Assembly: GCA_964647725.1 (NCBI GenBank)
Contig: CAZYJI010000001.1
Location: forward strand, 74,264 to 138,263
Source: an uncultured Alphaproteobacteria bacterium
GTDB lineage: Bacteria > Pseudomonadota > Alphaproteobacteria > SHNJ01
Direction: 5' to 3'
DNA length: 64,000 nucleotides
The translations under genes and the position numbers were made by a program. The notes beneath the pieces were generated by a model. The model had not been told where the DNA came from, made no database searches, and saw only the letters and a program-made list of their open reading frames with translations. Positions 9,911-21,484 of the stretch are shown piece by piece; within the stretch, counting starts at the first letter, position 1, and each line of letters begins with the position of its first letter.

Positions 9911-11649
9911 GACGATATGCTTTCTTCTTCGGCGGTTTCGGATTCCGGTGTAGCGGCAGTGTTTTGCGTTTCCGCGCGTTCGCGCACCGAAATTACTTTC
10001 GATCCTGGGAATTCCTTGATCACCGCTTGCACGGTTGGATGCTGTTCCACTTGCCGGACCAGATCTTGTTGTTTGGCTTGGTCTTGTTGCTGTAAACTTG
10101 GTGCGCCTTTGTCTTGCGATACCAGAATCATCCAGCGCTGGCCGGTCCATTCGGACAATAATTTGCCGACCTGTCCCACAAAATTCGGCTGGCGGACTTT
10201 TTCGCCGACGCGCAATTCGATCTTGCCCGGCGCGAAATTCACCAAATGGCTGTTATGATATAAATCGTGATACAAAATCATTTCGCGTTTTTCGGAAAAT
10301 AATTGCACCGCGTCGCGATACGAATGCAATTGTAAACTTGCTTCTGTGCCAATCGACGGAGCTAGGGCTAAATTCCGGTCGGTTGCAACGGCGCGTGTGG
10401 CAATTGGCGCCGATGTGATTGCGGCTGATGTATAAGATCCGCCACCGCCACTTGGATTCGATGGCGGGGTGTGTGTGGCTGGCGCGCTTGGCGCTGTTGC
10501 TGCGCCCGATTCCAGCAATTGCGAAACACTTGGAATATCGGCGGCATAACATAAACGGACCAATACCATTTCCAGCGCAATAGCCGGATTCGGCGCGGTT
10601 TGGATTTCGGAAATGCCCTTTAACAGCATTTGCCAGGCGCGGGTCAATGGCGCAATGCCGATTTGTTCGGCAATCGCGGCGCGTTTATTGCGCTCAGTAT
10701 CCGAAATCATCGCGCCATATTCGCCGGTCACTTTGGCGCGGGTAATGGCGTGGGTTGCGCGCAATAATTCTTGCGCGACCATCAACGCATCCGCGCCGGA
10801 ATTGTATAATTTTTGGCATAATGTCAATGCCTCGGCCGATTTCGCCGACAGTGCCAGATCGAGCAATTCATAAATCTCGCTATGATCGGCCAGCCCTAGC
10901 ATATCGCGCACTTGTTCGGCGGCGATTGCGCCCGATGCATGCGCCATCGCTTGATCCAGTAATGACAACCCATCGCGCACCGATCCATCGGCGGCCTGCG
11001 CCAATAACGCGGCTGCGCCATCATCCAATGTGCAGGATTCTTTTTGCGCGATATTTTGTAAATGTTTTGCCAAACCTTCGGCATCGAGGCGGCGCAGATC
11101 AAAACGCTGGCAACGCGATAAAACCGTAACGGGAACCTTGTTAATCTCGGTCGTTGCGAAAATGAATTTCACCGATTCCGGCGGTTCTTCCAATGTTTTT
11201 AACAACGCGTTGAACGCGTTTTTCGACAACATATGTACTTCGTCGATAATGTAAATTTTAAACCGGGCCGATGTGGGACGGTACCGTACACCATCGATAA
11301 TTTCGCGGATATCATCGACGCCGGTGCGCGATGCGGCGTCCATTTCCATCACATCCATATGCCGGTCATTGCCGATCGCAACGCAATTTTCGCAAACGCC
11401 GCAGGGCGAAATGCTTGGGCCTTTTTCGCAATTCAGCGCGCGGGCGATAATGCGGGCGGTGGTGGTTTTTCCGATCCCGCGCACACCGGTCAGGATAAAC
11501 GCATGCGCGATCCGGCCGGTTTGAATGGCGTTGGATAATGTTTTGACCAAAACATCCTGGCCGATCAGTTCATCGAAATTTTTCGGACGGTATTTGCGCG
11601 CCAGAACACGGTATTCTTTTTGATTTTCGATTTCTGGAAATAGACTCAT
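9907..11649 (-). CDS. dnaX: DNA polymerase III subunits gamma/tau
   Basis: N-terminus YRVLARKYRPKNFDELIGQD, Walker A GVRGIGKTTTARI, a Zn module CGVCENC and the conserved dnaX-ybaB-recR synteny. Confidence 0.92.
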   Translation of the reverse strand: MSLFPEIENQKEYRVLARKYRPKNFDELIGQDVLVKTLSNAIQTGRIAHAFILTGVRGIGKTTTARIIARALNCEKGPSISPCGVCENCVAIGNDRHMDVMEMDAASRTGVDDIREIIDGVRYRPTSARFKIYIIDEVHMLSKNAFNALLKTLEEPPESVKFIFATTEINKVPVTVLSRCQRFDLRRLDAEGLAKHLQNIAQKESCTLDDGAAALLAQAADGSVRDGLSLLDQAMAHASGAIAAEQVRDMLGLADHSEIYELLDLALSAKSAEALTLCQKLYNSGADALMVAQELLRATHAITRAKVTGEYGAMISDTERNKRAAIAEQIGIAPLTRAWQMLLKGISEIQTAPNPAIALEMVLVRLCYAADIPSVSQLLESGAATAPSAPATHTPPSNPSGGGGSYTSAAITSAPIATRAVATDRNLALAPSIGTEASLQLHSYRDAVQLFSEKREMILYHDLYHNSHLVNFAPGKIELRVGEKVRQPNFVGQVGKLLSEWTGQRWMILVSQDKGAPSLQQQDQAKQQDLVRQVEQHPTVQAVIKEFPGSKVISVRERAETQNTAATPESETAEEESISS

Positions 11650-11669
11650 TATACCCGGCCTTTAAGTGA

Positions 11670-11770
11670 AAGTGGAAAGCCGATCACGACAGGCTGAAAT
11701 TCGTTACGGTTGCTGCCTCTCGGCCCTGGCCGGGTTAGCGACACACGCCTCCGCAACCGACTTTCCGATT
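11670..11770 (-). ncRNA. ffs: Signal recognition particle RNA (4.5S/ffs), small bacterial type
   Basis: The minus strand reads ...CCGGCCAGGGCCGAGAGGCAGCAACCG..., matching the conserved SRP RNA domain IV motif (AGGnCCGnAAGGnAGCAnC). A terminal helix GGAAAG/CUUUCC lies at about 11762-11767 and 11674-11679. Position immediately upstream of dnaX is the usual bacterial location. Confidence 0.6.
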
Positions 11771-11879
11771 AAAGATATAGCATGATTTTTCGTCCTGTCA
11801 GCGCTTAATTTTACTTGAAAAACCGGGCTTTCCAGCAATTCAAGGGCTTAGGGAAATATAGAATCAAAATGGGGATAAA

Positions 11880-12617
11880 TTAGCGAATAATTTTCCGCGC
11901 CAGCTCTAAATCCTCCGGCGTGTCGATGGCGATGGGAACGCGGTTTACCAGCGCCACATCGATGCGCAATCCCAATTCCAGGGCGCGCAATTGTTCCAAT
12001 TTTTCGCGGATTTCCAGCGCGCTTGGCGGCGAGGCGATAAATTTTTCGAGTGCCTTGCGGCGATAGGCGTAAATGCCGATATGATGCCAATGATCTCCGT
12101 CCCCGTGCGGAATCAGGCTGCGCGAAAAATACAGCGCGCGGCCGCTGCGCGGCCCATATTGATGCATCGCGACTTTCACGACGTTCGGTTTTTCGGCCTC
12201 ATTCAAATTTGGAATTCGCGCGGCCGCCGTGGCGATATCAACCTTGGAATCTTGCATTAAATTTAAAATCGCCTGCAGGGTGCTTGGTTCGATATCCGGC
12301 AAATCGCCTTGTAGATTGATAATCACTTCATGCAAACCCTTGGGGTCTGTTTGTTGCAACGCCGCCCAAATCCGGTCCGATCCCGATGGCAAGCCAGGGT
12401 CGGTCAAAACCGCCTTGCCATTTGCCTTAGTAATTACGTCAACAATTGCCTGATCCCCGGCCGCCACCAAAACGGGGCCCAAATCGGCCGCCATGGCGCG
12501 TTCATATACATGCGTAATCATGGGCTTGCCGTTAATATCCGCCAATGGCTTGTTCGGCAAACGCGTGGCCGCCAGCCGGGTTGGAATAACGATAATCGGG
12601 TTTAAATTCGCAGTCAT
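11880..12617 (-). CDS. kdsB: 3-deoxy-manno-octulosonate cytidylyltransferase (CMP-KDO synthetase)
   Basis: IIVIPTRLAATRLPNKPLADINGKPMI N-terminal motif. The likely start is the internal Met (MTANLNP) of ORF 11880..12653. Confidence 0.85.
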   Translation of the reverse strand: MTANLNPIIVIPTRLAATRLPNKPLADINGKPMITHVYERAMAADLGPVLVAAGDQAIVDVITKANGKAVLTDPGLPSGSDRIWAALQQTDPKGLHEVIINLQGDLPDIEPSTLQAILNLMQDSKVDIATAAARIPNLNEAEKPNVVKVAMHQYGPRSGRALYFSRSLIPHGDGDHWHHIGIYAYRRKALEKFIASPPSALEIREKLEQLRALELGLRIDVALVNRVPIAIDTPEDLELARKIIR

Positions 12618-12779
12618 GAGGGGGAGTATAAGGAAATCCACGGCTCCGGTCAAAAAATCACAATTTTGTTCACAAAACCCTTTATTTATAATTCCTTTCT
12701 ACAGATCCATGGATTTCGCCGCGGAAATCCGCTATAAATCCCTTAAATTTTTTAAGGAAATAAGTCTAAAGAGTCTTTC

Positions 12780-13310
12780 ATGGAAAATAATAAAATCTTG
12801 GCCGCTATTTTATGCGCGGGCCTTCTATTTATGATCACCGGATTCGTTTCCGAAGGTTTGATGCATTCCGCCCCGTTAAAAGAAAATGCTTATAAAATTG
12901 AAGTCGCCGAAGAATCCAGCGGCAGCGGCGCCGAAGCGCCAAAAGAATTGCCGCCGATCGCGCCGTTATTGGCCGCTGCGACCGTTGCCGATGGCATCAA
13001 TGTTGCCAAAAAATGCGCCGCTTGCCACAGTTTTGAAAAAGGCGGCGCCAACAAAGTCGGCCCGAATTTGTGGGGCATTGTTAATGCAAAACACGCCCAT
13101 GCCGAAGGATTTGCCTATTCCGACGCGATCAAGAATCTGCCCGGCAATTGGGATTATGAAAGCCTGAATAAATTCCTGCATAAACCTATGAAATACGCGC
13201 CCGGAACAAAAATGAATTTTGCCGGACTGTCAGCGGAAAAGGACCGAGCCAATATGATTGCGTATTTGCGTTCATTGTCCGATAATCCGGCTCCGTTGCC
13301 TAAACCCTAA
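12780..13310 (+). CDS. Membrane-anchored class I cytochrome c (c2/CycM-like)
   Basis: N-terminal TM anchor, heme-binding CAACHSF, a distal Met region (MNFAGLSAEKDRANMIAYL) and a GPNLWGIV motif. Confidence 0.85.
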   Translation: MENNKILAAILCAGLLFMITGFVSEGLMHSAPLKENAYKIEVAEESSGSGAEAPKELPPIAPLLAAATVADGINVAKKCAACHSFEKGGANKVGPNLWGIVNAKHAHAEGFAYSDAIKNLPGNWDYESLNKFLHKPMKYAPGTKMNFAGLSAEKDRANMIAYLRSLSDNPAPLPKP

Positions 13311-13433
13311 CTAGGCCGTTGGCTTTTTGCAACTTTCTGCACATTCCGGTGCTCACGTACTTGAATGTACGTTGCGCTCCGGTTCTCGAAAATCACAAAA
13401 ATCCTTAGGCCTAGCGGGTTTAAGAAAGATTCT

Positions 13434-15374
13434 ATGAGGTATGCTATGCGTCGTTTACTTGCCATTATTATTACATTGTTAATCGCATATCCGTCGGTTG
13501 CCGCCGATTTTTATAAACCGGTTCATGCAATCGCCATGCAAGGCAAACCGAAATATCCGGCCGATTTTAAACAATTGGATTATGTCAATCCGGACGCGCC
13601 AAAAAACGGATTGGTGAAACTCGCCGCTGTCGGCACGTTCGATAATTTGAATCCGTTTATTTTAAAGGGCGTTGCGGCCACCGGCGCGGCGTTGTTGTTT
13701 GATTCATTATTGGAATCGTCTGCCGACGAAGCGTTTACCGAATATGGCTTGCTGGCCGAATCGATTGAAATGCCGGAAAACCGCGCCTGGGTAATTTTCA
13801 ATTTGCGGGTTGATGCAAAATTCAGCGACGGCACATCGGTAACCGCAGACGATGTGGCCTTTACATTCGAAACTTTGCGCACCAAGGGCAATCCGCTGTA
13901 CCGCGTTTATTACGCCAACGTCGCCAAGGCCGAAATTTTGGGTCCGCGCAAAATCAAATTCACCTTTGGCAAGGAAGTAAACCGCGAATTGCCGTTAATT
14001 TTGGGCCAGATGCAAATTATTTCCAAAGCCTATTATACCGCGCATAAATTCGAAGAAACCACGCTGACCGCGCCACTGGGCAGCGGCCCGTACAAGGTTG
14101 AATCGGTCGATCCCGGCCGGTCGATCACGTTTGCGCGCGATCCGAATTATTGGGGCAAGGATTTGCCGATCAATAAGGGCCGGTATAATTTTGAACGCAT
14201 CCGGTATGATTATTATCGCGATGGCCAAGTCGCGCTTGAGGCATTTAAAGCCGGCGAATATGATTTTCGCCAGGAAAACGTCGCCAAAGATTGGGCGACG
14301 GCTTATGATTTCCCGGCGCTGTCCTATGGCCTCGTAAAAAAAGAAGAAATCCGCCACGAAATCCCAACCGGGATGCAGGGTTTTGCGATGAATACGCGCC
14401 GCGCGATGTTTTCAAATCCCGAAGTGCGTCAGGCGCTGGCCTATGCATTCGATTTTGAATGGAGCAATAAGGCGCTGTTTTTCGGGTCTTATACGCGCAC
14501 CCGCAGTTATTTTTCAAATTCGGAATTGGCCTCGGTCGGATTGCCGTCGGCGGATGAACTGAAAGTTTTAGAAAAATACCGTGATGTATTGCCGGAAGAA
14601 GTTTTCACCAAAGAATACGTGCCACCCGTCAATGACGGCACCGGCAATATTCGGGGCAATTTGAAAATCGCACAAAAATTGCTGGCTGAGGCGGGATGGG
14701 AAATGAAAGACGGCATCTTGATGAAAGATGGCCAGAAATTCGAATTCGAAGTCATCAGCAACACGCCAATGTTCGAACGCATTTTATTACCGTTCAAAAA
14801 TAACCTGCAAAAACTGGGCATTACCGCGAATATTCGCACCATCGATTCCGCGCAATATCAAAAACGGATGGAAGATTTCGATTATGATATGACCGTGATC
14901 GTCATCGCCCAATCGTTGTCGCCGGGCAATGAGCAGCGCAATTATTGGTCATCCGCATCGGCCGATACGCGCGGCAGCGACAATTATATGGGCATTAAAA
15001 ATCCGGCTGTGGACGAACTCGTGGAAAAAATCATCGCCGCTACCACGCGCGAAGAATTGATCACTTATACCCGCGCGCTGGACCGGATTTTATTATGGGG
15101 CCATTATGTCATTCCAAACTGGCATATCCGCACCCACCGCGTGGCATATTGGGATCAATTTTCCGCGCCAACCGTGCGCGCCAAATACGCGCTTGGATTT
15201 TTGGATACATGGTGGATTGACGGGGAAAAACAAGCCAAGTTGCAGGCGCAAAAACAAAACCCCGGCAAAACATTGATGCCTGCCGAAGACGGTAAAAGCC
15301 GCAAAGGCGCCTGGCTTCTTTTGGCATTATTGGCACTGCTGGGATTGGCCTACTTATATAATAAACGGAAATAG
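13434..15374 (+). CDS. yejA: ABC transporter substrate-binding protein, family 5 (YejA-like, peptide/microcin C uptake)
   Basis: About 645 aa SBP_bac_5 protein with a signal peptide (MRYAMRRLLAIIITLLIAYPSVAA). First gene of a yejABEF-like four-gene operon. Start chosen at the internal ATG 13434 with an upstream purine-rich RBS. Confidence 0.8.
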   Translation: MRYAMRRLLAIIITLLIAYPSVAADFYKPVHAIAMQGKPKYPADFKQLDYVNPDAPKNGLVKLAAVGTFDNLNPFILKGVAATGAALLFDSLLESSADEAFTEYGLLAESIEMPENRAWVIFNLRVDAKFSDGTSVTADDVAFTFETLRTKGNPLYRVYYANVAKAEILGPRKIKFTFGKEVNRELPLILGQMQIISKAYYTAHKFEETTLTAPLGSGPYKVESVDPGRSITFARDPNYWGKDLPINKGRYNFERIRYDYYRDGQVALEAFKAGEYDFRQENVAKDWATAYDFPALSYGLVKKEEIRHEIPTGMQGFAMNTRRAMFSNPEVRQALAYAFDFEWSNKALFFGSYTRTRSYFSNSELASVGLPSADELKVLEKYRDVLPEEVFTKEYVPPVNDGTGNIRGNLKIAQKLLAEAGWEMKDGILMKDGQKFEFEVISNTPMFERILLPFKNNLQKLGITANIRTIDSAQYQKRMEDFDYDMTVIVIAQSLSPGNEQRNYWSSASADTRGSDNYMGIKNPAVDELVEKIIAATTREELITYTRALDRILLWGHYVIPNWHIRTHRVAYWDQFSAPTVRAKYALGFLDTWWIDGEKQAKLQAQKQNPGKTLMPAEDGKSRKGAWLLLALLALLGLAYLYNKRK

Positions 15375-15408
15375 TCGGCAAAGGATTGGCCGCATGGTAT
15401 AAAAGATC

Positions 15409-16512
15409 ATGCTGGCTTATATCATCCGCCGCCTGTTGCTGATCATCCCAACTTTGGTTGGGATTATGATCATCAATTTTGCCGTGATCCAGGCCGCGCC
15501 CGGCGGCCCGGTTGAACAATTGATCGCGCAATTGCAGGGCAAGAATATGGGCGCAACCGTCCGCATTTCCGGCGGGCAGGGCGAGACATTGAATCAACAT
15601 TCTGGCGGCGGGTCGACCAGCCAATCGGCTAAATATCGCGGCGCGCAGGGGCTCGATCCCGAATTGATCGCCGAAATTGAAAAAATGTACGGATTCGATA
15701 AACCGCCGTTGGAGCGGTTTTTGGATATGATGGCGAAATATGCCGTATTTGATTTCGGCGAAAGTTTTTTCCGCAATCAAAAAGTCACCGATCTGGTGAT
15801 CGATAAAATGCCAACCTCGATTACATTAGGTCTTTGGACCACATTATTAGTGTATTTAATATCCATTCCACTAGGTATTGCCAAGGCGACGCGCGCTGGC
15901 ACGCCGTTTGATACTTGGAGTAGTATCGTGGTGATTATCGGCTATGCGATTCCAAGTTTCTTATTCGCGATATTATTGGTGGTTTTATTTTCAGGGGGAA
16001 GTTTCTTTTCCCTCTTTCCGCTCCGAGGGCTAGTGTCCGAAAACTGGGCGGAAATGAATTGGTTCGATCAAATGTTGGACTACGCCTGGCATATTACCTT
16101 GCCGGTTGTGGCGATGGTGATTGGCGGTTTTGCCGGTCTTACCATGTTAACCAAAAATTCCTTTATCGAGGAAATCAATAAACAATATGTCATGACCGCG
16201 CGCGCCAAGGGATGCGGCGAGAACCGCGTGCTATACGGCCATGTGTTCCGTAATGCGATGTTAATTGTGGTTGCCGGTTTTCCAGCGGCGTTTATTTCGA
16301 TCCTATTTACCGGATCCTTGCTGATTGAAATTATTTTCTCTCTTGATGGACTCGGATTATTGGGATTCGAAGCTGCGATTAACCGCGATTATCCCGTCAT
16401 GTTCGGCACGCTGTATTTCTTTACGCTGCTTGGATTATTGATGAATATTCTGGGCGATGTATTATATACCGTCATCGATCCGCGTATCGATTTCGAGCGG
16501 AGGGCGATGTGA
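15409..16512 (+). CDS. yejB: ABC transporter permease (YejB-like)
   Basis: BPD_transp_1 permease with 6 TM segments and an EAA-like loop ([21 protein letters not shown]). Confidence 0.85.
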   Translation: MLAYIIRRLLLIIPTLVGIMIINFAVIQAAPGGPVEQLIAQLQGKNMGATVRISGGQGETLNQHSGGGSTSQSAKYRGAQGLDPELIAEIEKMYGFDKPPLERFLDMMAKYAVFDFGESFFRNQKVTDLVIDKMPTSITLGLWTTLLVYLISIPLGIAKATRAGTPFDTWSSIVVIIGYAIPSFLFAILLVVLFSGGSFFSLFPLRGLVSENWAEMNWFDQMLDYAWHITLPVVAMVIGGFAGLTMLTKNSFIEEINKQYVMTARAKGCGENRVLYGHVFRNAMLIVVAGFPAAFISILFTGSLLIEIIFSLDGLGLLGFEAAINRDYPVMFGTLYFFTLLGLLMNILGDVLYTVIDPRIDFERRAM

Positions 16513-17543
16513 AACGCCTATCGCCCCTGACCAAACGCCGTTTGATCGGATTCCGCCGCAATAAATTAGGCTATTACAGTCTTTGGATATTCTTATTCTT
16601 GTTTGTTTTGTCGTTGTTTGCGGAATTTATTGCCAATGATAAGCCGTTGATTTTATCGTACAAAGATCAATTGCATTTTCCGGTCGTGCAAACCTATACC
16701 GATCAATATTTCGGCGGCGATTTTACGACAGAAGCCGATTACCGCGATCCCGCTTTGAAATCTTTGATCGAGGCCGATGGCGGATGGATGATCTGGCCGC
16801 CAATCCCGTTTCATTATGACACGGTGAATTACAATTTAACCGCGCCCGCGCCAACGCCGCCAAGTTTTGAAAACTGGCTTGGCACGGATGACCAAGCGCG
16901 CGATGTCATGGCGCGATTGATATATGGATTCCGCATTTCGGTGCTATTCGGCCTCACCTTGACGATCCTAAGCTCCATCGTCGGCGTTGCGGCCGGCGCG
17001 GTGCAAGGATATTTCGGCGGCAAAACCGATTTATTTTTCCAGCGCTTTATCGAAATTTGGGGCGGGTTGCCAGTGTTATATTTGCTGATTATTTTATCCA
17101 GCGTGGTGGTACCGAATTTCTGGTGGTTGCTGGGTTTAATGTTGTTATTTTCCTGGATGAATTTGGTCGGCGTGGTGCGCGCCGAATTTTATCGCACGCG
17201 CAATTTCGATTATGTCCGCGCGGCTAAGGCGCTGGGCGTATCGGATGGCACCATCATGCGGCGCCACATTTTACCAAACGCGATGGTTGCGACATTGACA
17301 TTCCTGCCATTCGTTTTGAATGCGTCAATTACCACCTTAACGTCGCTGGATTTTCTGGGTTTCGGTTTGCCGCCAGGATCGGCTTCGCTTGGCGAATTGC
17401 TGTCGCAAGGCAAAAACAATTTACAAGCGCCGTGGTTGGGTATGACCGGATTTTTGTCGCTGGCTGTTATCTTAACCTTGCTGATTTTTGTGGGCGAGGC
17501 CGTGCGTGATGCGTTTGACCCCCGTAAAATATGGGGTTCCTGA
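16509..17543 (+). CDS. yejE: ABC transporter permease (YejE-like)
   Basis: Permease with an N-terminal periplasmic extension and an EAA-like motif ([21 protein letters not shown]). Overlaps yejB by 4 nt. Confidence 0.85.
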   Translation: MKRLSPLTKRRLIGFRRNKLGYYSLWIFLFLFVLSLFAEFIANDKPLILSYKDQLHFPVVQTYTDQYFGGDFTTEADYRDPALKSLIEADGGWMIWPPIPFHYDTVNYNLTAPAPTPPSFENWLGTDDQARDVMARLIYGFRISVLFGLTLTILSSIVGVAAGAVQGYFGGKTDLFFQRFIEIWGGLPVLYLLIILSSVVVPNFWWLLGLMLLFSWMNLVGVVRAEFYRTRNFDYVRAAKALGVSDGTIMRRHILPNAMVATLTFLPFVLNASITTLTSLDFLGFGLPPGSASLGELLSQGKNNLQAPWLGMTGFLSLAVILTLLIFVGEAVRDAFDPRKIWGS

Positions 17544-19141
17544 TGGCAGAAAACCGGATCCTATCGATTGAAAATCTGCAATTGGAATTCACCCATGGCC
17601 GCAAATCCGTAAAGGTTTTAAAAGGCATCGATTTATACGTGAATCGCGGCGAAACCGTCGCCCTGGTTGGGGAAAGTGGATCGGGTAAATCGGTTTGCTC
17701 CTTGTCGGTTTTACAATTACTGCGCAGCGCGCAGTATCCGGCCGGAAAAATTATCTGGCAAGGGAATACGGATTTATTGCGCGCGCCGGAATCCGAGATG
17801 CAAAAAATTCGCGGCAACCGGATTTCGATGATTTTTCAGGAACCAATGACGGCCTTGAATCCGTTGCACACGGTCGGGCGGCAGATCGCGGAATCTATTT
17901 CCCTGCATCAATCTTTATCGCCGCAAAAACTCGTCGATCGTATAAAAGAGCTGCTGACTCTAACCGGTCTTACCGATACGGATCGTTTTATGGCGGCCTA
18001 TCCACATGAATTGTCCGGAGGGCAGCGGCAGCGGATTTTAATCGCCATGGCCCTGGCCAATAATCCTGATTTGTTGATTGCCGATGAACCCACCACCGCG
18101 CTGGATGTGACGGTGCAGGAACAGATTTTATCGTTGCTGCGCGAGTTACAGCAAAAACTGGGCATGGCGTTATTGCTGATCACCCATGATTTGAACATGG
18201 TCCGGCGCATGGCGTCGCGCGTGTATATTATGAAAAACGGCGAAGTGGCCGAAGGCGGCGAGGTCGATAAGATCTTTGCATCGCCACAACATCCTTACAC
18301 TAAATTATTGCTGAATTCGACGCCAAAGGGCGCGCCGATCCCGCGCGCGCAAAACGCGGATGAATTATTGCGCGCCGAAAATATGCGCGTTTGGTTTCCG
18401 ATTAAAAAAGGTGTATTTAAAGAGACGGTTGGCCATGTCAAAGCGGTCGATGGCATTAATTTTACGCTACGTTCTGGCCAAACGCTAGGCGTGGTTGGGG
18501 AAAGCGGATCGGGAAAAACCACGCTGGGACTTGCGATTTTACGGCTGATTAAATCGGATGGAAAAATCCTTTATATGGGTCAGGATTTACAGCAAAAAAA
18601 TTCCGCGCAATTGCGCCCGCTTCGTAAAAATATGCAAATCGTGTTTCAGGATCCTTTTGGCGCGTTAAGCCCGCGCATGACGGTCGGGCAAATTGTTGGC
18701 GAAGGTTTAACCGTGCATGGAACCGGTTTGAACGAGGCAGAGCGCGATCAAGTAATCGCCGATGCCCTGGTCCGGGTTGGAATTGCGCCAGAATCGGTCG
18801 ACCGGTATCCGCATGAATTTTCCGGCGGCCAGCGCCAGCGCATTTCGATTGCCCGCGCGCTGGTATTGAAACCGAAATTGGTAATTTTGGATGAACCCAC
18901 ATCGGCGCTGGATATGACCACGCAGGCGCAAATCGTCGATTTGCTGCGCGATCTGCAACGGGAAAACGCGCTGACCTATATATTGATCAGCCATGATTTG
19001 CGCGTGGTGAAGGCATTGTCGCACGATATTCTGGTCTTGCGCGGCGGCCTTGCCATAGAAGCAGGAACGGCCGATCAAGTTCTTGACCGGCCGCAAACAG
19101 AATATACCAAAGCGCTTATGAAAGCCGCGTTCGCAGCCTAG
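17543..19141 (+). CDS. yejF: ABC transporter ATP-binding protein with duplicated ATPase domains (YejF-like)
   Basis: Two Walker A sites ([16 protein letters not shown]) and two signature motifs ([16 protein letters not shown]). Start at ATG 17543, overlapping the yejE stop. Confidence 0.88.
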   Translation: MAENRILSIENLQLEFTHGRKSVKVLKGIDLYVNRGETVALVGESGSGKSVCSLSVLQLLRSAQYPAGKIIWQGNTDLLRAPESEMQKIRGNRISMIFQEPMTALNPLHTVGRQIAESISLHQSLSPQKLVDRIKELLTLTGLTDTDRFMAAYPHELSGGQRQRILIAMALANNPDLLIADEPTTALDVTVQEQILSLLRELQQKLGMALLLITHDLNMVRRMASRVYIMKNGEVAEGGEVDKIFASPQHPYTKLLLNSTPKGAPIPRAQNADELLRAENMRVWFPIKKGVFKETVGHVKAVDGINFTLRSGQTLGVVGESGSGKTTLGLAILRLIKSDGKILYMGQDLQQKNSAQLRPLRKNMQIVFQDPFGALSPRMTVGQIVGEGLTVHGTGLNEAERDQVIADALVRVGIAPESVDRYPHEFSGGQRQRISIARALVLKPKLVILDEPTSALDMTTQAQIVDLLRDLQRENALTYILISHDLRVVKALSHDILVLRGGLAIEAGTADQVLDRPQTEYTKALMKAAFAA

Positions 19142-19515
19142 GCCGCTTCGCGAATGTGATAAGAATTTTTCGCAACTTGATCTTGCGCGGTTTTGATGAC
19201 TTCGGATAAACCGGTCAGATAATTCGTGCCTTCGGGCGTGCGTTGTACCAAAACGCTGCGTTTGTTGGTTTCATCGCGTTTGCGCCCGATTAAATCCAAT
19301 TCCGTCAACCGGTCCAACGCGCGGGTGATCGCAGGCTTGGTAATATTCAAATCAGCAGCAAGACCACGCACGGTATGCGGTGGCGGGGTGACATAAACAG
19401 TCAGCAAAACGGCCAATTGCCGCGCGGTTAAATCCGGGCTGTCTTTGCGGACGCCTTCGGATGTGATTAAACGCAATAAATCTAATGCTCCTGCATTATT
19501 CAAATTGGACTGCAT
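19138..19515 (-). CDS. MarR-family transcriptional regulator
   Basis: 125 aa with a winged HTH (LTARQLAVLLTVY...VRGLAADLNITKPAITRALDRLTELDLIGRKRDETNKRSVLVQRTPEG). Confidence 0.75.
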   Translation of the reverse strand: MQSNLNNAGALDLLRLITSEGVRKDSPDLTARQLAVLLTVYVTPPPHTVRGLAADLNITKPAITRALDRLTELDLIGRKRDETNKRSVLVQRTPEGTNYLTGLSEVIKTAQDQVAKNSYHIREAA

Positions 19516-19568
19516 AAATTTTTCCTTGGATTTTCTAAAAAGAGGTAAGTACTTGAAAAGTGGATCAA

Positions 19569-20984
19569 TTAACCATGTTTATAGCGCGCTTGCAATAAAG
19601 AAAACAATCCCCGGATTGTCATGGCTTCGCCGCCCTGTGGACGACCGGGCCGGTCATTTGCATTCCATGCATATAAATCCAAGTGAATCCACGATGTGCC
19701 GGGCAAAACGAACTCTTGCAAAAATAGCGCAGCGGTGATGCACCCCGCGAAAGATGAATTCGAAGAATTGTTAATGTCGGCGGTTTTGGAATCGAGCATA
19801 GTGCGATAATTTTTCCACAGCGGCATTGGCCACATCGGATCGTCATTATCGCGGCCAAACCGGATCGCATCGACCAATAACGCATCGTCATTACTGAATA
19901 GGGCCGGTAGTTCCGGGCCGAGCGCTACCCGCGCCGCGCCGGTTAGGGTTGAAAAATCAATCATCATATCGGGTTTTGCTTGCGATCCTTCCCACAAACA
20001 ATCCGCCATCACCAATCGTCCTTCGGCATCGGTATTGCCGATTTCAACGGTCATACCCTGGCGTGACTTGATGATATCGAGTGGGCGGAACGCGTTGCTG
20101 GCGATGCTGTTTTCAACCGCCGCGATCATCACGCGCAAATTCACCGGCAAATTCAATTGCATGATCATATGCGCGAGGCCCAGCGCATGGGCGGCCCCGC
20201 CCATATCTTTTTTCATGATCAGCATATTGGCGTCATTCTTAATATCCAATCCACCGGTATCGAAACAAACGCCCTTGCCGACCAGAACCAGTTTTTTATG
20301 CTTGGGATTTCCCCAAGTCAAATCGATCAGACGCGGTTCTTGCGGCGCGGCGCGGCCAACCGCGTGAATCAACGGATAATTTTGCGTTAGCAATTGATCG
20401 CCGACGGTGATTTTAATTTTCCCGCCATTTTGTCGCGCCATGTTGGTTGCAATCTGGCCCAAATTTTCCGGGCCCATATCCTCGGCCGGGGTGTTGACCA
20501 TATCGCGGATCAAATAAACCGCTTGTGATGTGGCGGATAGTTTATGCGCATCGATATTTTTCGGCGCGGCCAGGCTGGCGGGCGTTTTCCGCGCGCGTTT
20601 GTACCGCGTGAATTGATACGCGCCCATCGACCATCCTAGGCATAAATCGGATAATTGCGGACCGGTGAAATCATTTTGATTGGCGATGGCATAAGAACCT
20701 GGCGGCAGGCTTAATGGCAATCCCGCCATGGTCCAAACCGACAATTCGTCATACGTAACGATCGCGCCGGCAATATCACCGTTTGCGCCGGGCAATGTCG
20801 CGGCGGCAAGCCCGCCCGGCTGATAATTCAAATTCGCCAACCATTTTTGCGCGGTTTTATTTTGCCGTTTCAGCCAGGATTTATAATTGGCTTTGGATAC
20901 GACATGAATCGGTTTGGCCTTGGACGTTGCGGCAACGATCCCATTTGGTAAATGCGCGGCGGATTTTTTGGCTGGTTTTTGCAT
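19569..20984 (-). CDS. M17 leucyl aminopeptidase family protein
   Basis: M17 catalytic core (VGKGVCFDTGGLDIK, NTDAEGRLVMADCL) with an N-terminal extension. Confidence 0.85.
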   Translation of the reverse strand: MQKPAKKSAAHLPNGIVAATSKAKPIHVVSKANYKSWLKRQNKTAQKWLANLNYQPGGLAAATLPGANGDIAGAIVTYDELSVWTMAGLPLSLPPGSYAIANQNDFTGPQLSDLCLGWSMGAYQFTRYKRARKTPASLAAPKNIDAHKLSATSQAVYLIRDMVNTPAEDMGPENLGQIATNMARQNGGKIKITVGDQLLTQNYPLIHAVGRAAPQEPRLIDLTWGNPKHKKLVLVGKGVCFDTGGLDIKNDANMLIMKKDMGGAAHALGLAHMIMQLNLPVNLRVMIAAVENSIASNAFRPLDIIKSRQGMTVEIGNTDAEGRLVMADCLWEGSQAKPDMMIDFSTLTGAARVALGPELPALFSNDDALLVDAIRFGRDNDDPMWPMPLWKNYRTMLDSKTADINNSSNSSFAGCITAALFLQEFVLPGTSWIHLDLYAWNANDRPGRPQGGEAMTIRGLFSLLQARYKHG

Positions 20985-21190
20985 GAAAAATTCTTTTTCC
21001 GGTGGGGCGAGTAAAAACTATCTCTACTTTGCATAATTTTGGCAATCATTTCAAATGTTTGTGGCATATCCAAATTTTATATTCCGGAGGGATTGTTTTC
21101 GTCCCCATTCTTGCCTTGAAATTACCGAAATTTTCACCACATAATATATGTAATAAGTTATAAAATACTTACAAAACAAAGGAGCGGCAC

Positions 21191-21466
21191 ATGAGCAACC
21201 CTTTTGACGAATTAGAATTTTTAGACGACGATGACGATGTGGAATTGGAACCGCAGGAGCCCGTAACCCGCGTTACCGCGCCGCAAATCGATTTAGGGCG
21301 TTTGGGCGTTAATCGCATCGCTTATGTAAAACAAGCGGTTATTAACGGCGTGACCGGTTTTACCATCTATGCCGCCGACGGCACGCCCGTCGCCATGGCC
21401 GCCGACCGCATCATGGCCGATGCCGCCATTATGCAAAGTAACATGCATCAGGTTAGCGTGCATTAA
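21191..21466 (+). CDS. Small acidic conserved hypothetical protein (DUF1150-like)
   Basis: 91 aa with an acidic N-terminus (DELEFLDDDDDVELE) and a conserved C-terminal half (YVKQAVINGVTGFTIYAADGTPVAMAADR). Good RBS AAGGAG 8 nt upstream. Confidence 0.6.
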   Translation: MSNPFDELEFLDDDDDVELEPQEPVTRVTAPQIDLGRLGVNRIAYVKQAVINGVTGFTIYAADGTPVAMAADRIMADAAIMQSNMHQVSVH

Positions 21467-21484
21467 TTCAAAATTGGATGATTT

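Noticed and set aside
15888-15904. TGGCAC-N5-TTGA, a sigma-54 -24/-12-like match
   Set aside because: It lies inside the yejB coding sequence. The -12 element is TTGA rather than TTGC(A/T), and there is no downstream gene start. Most likely chance.
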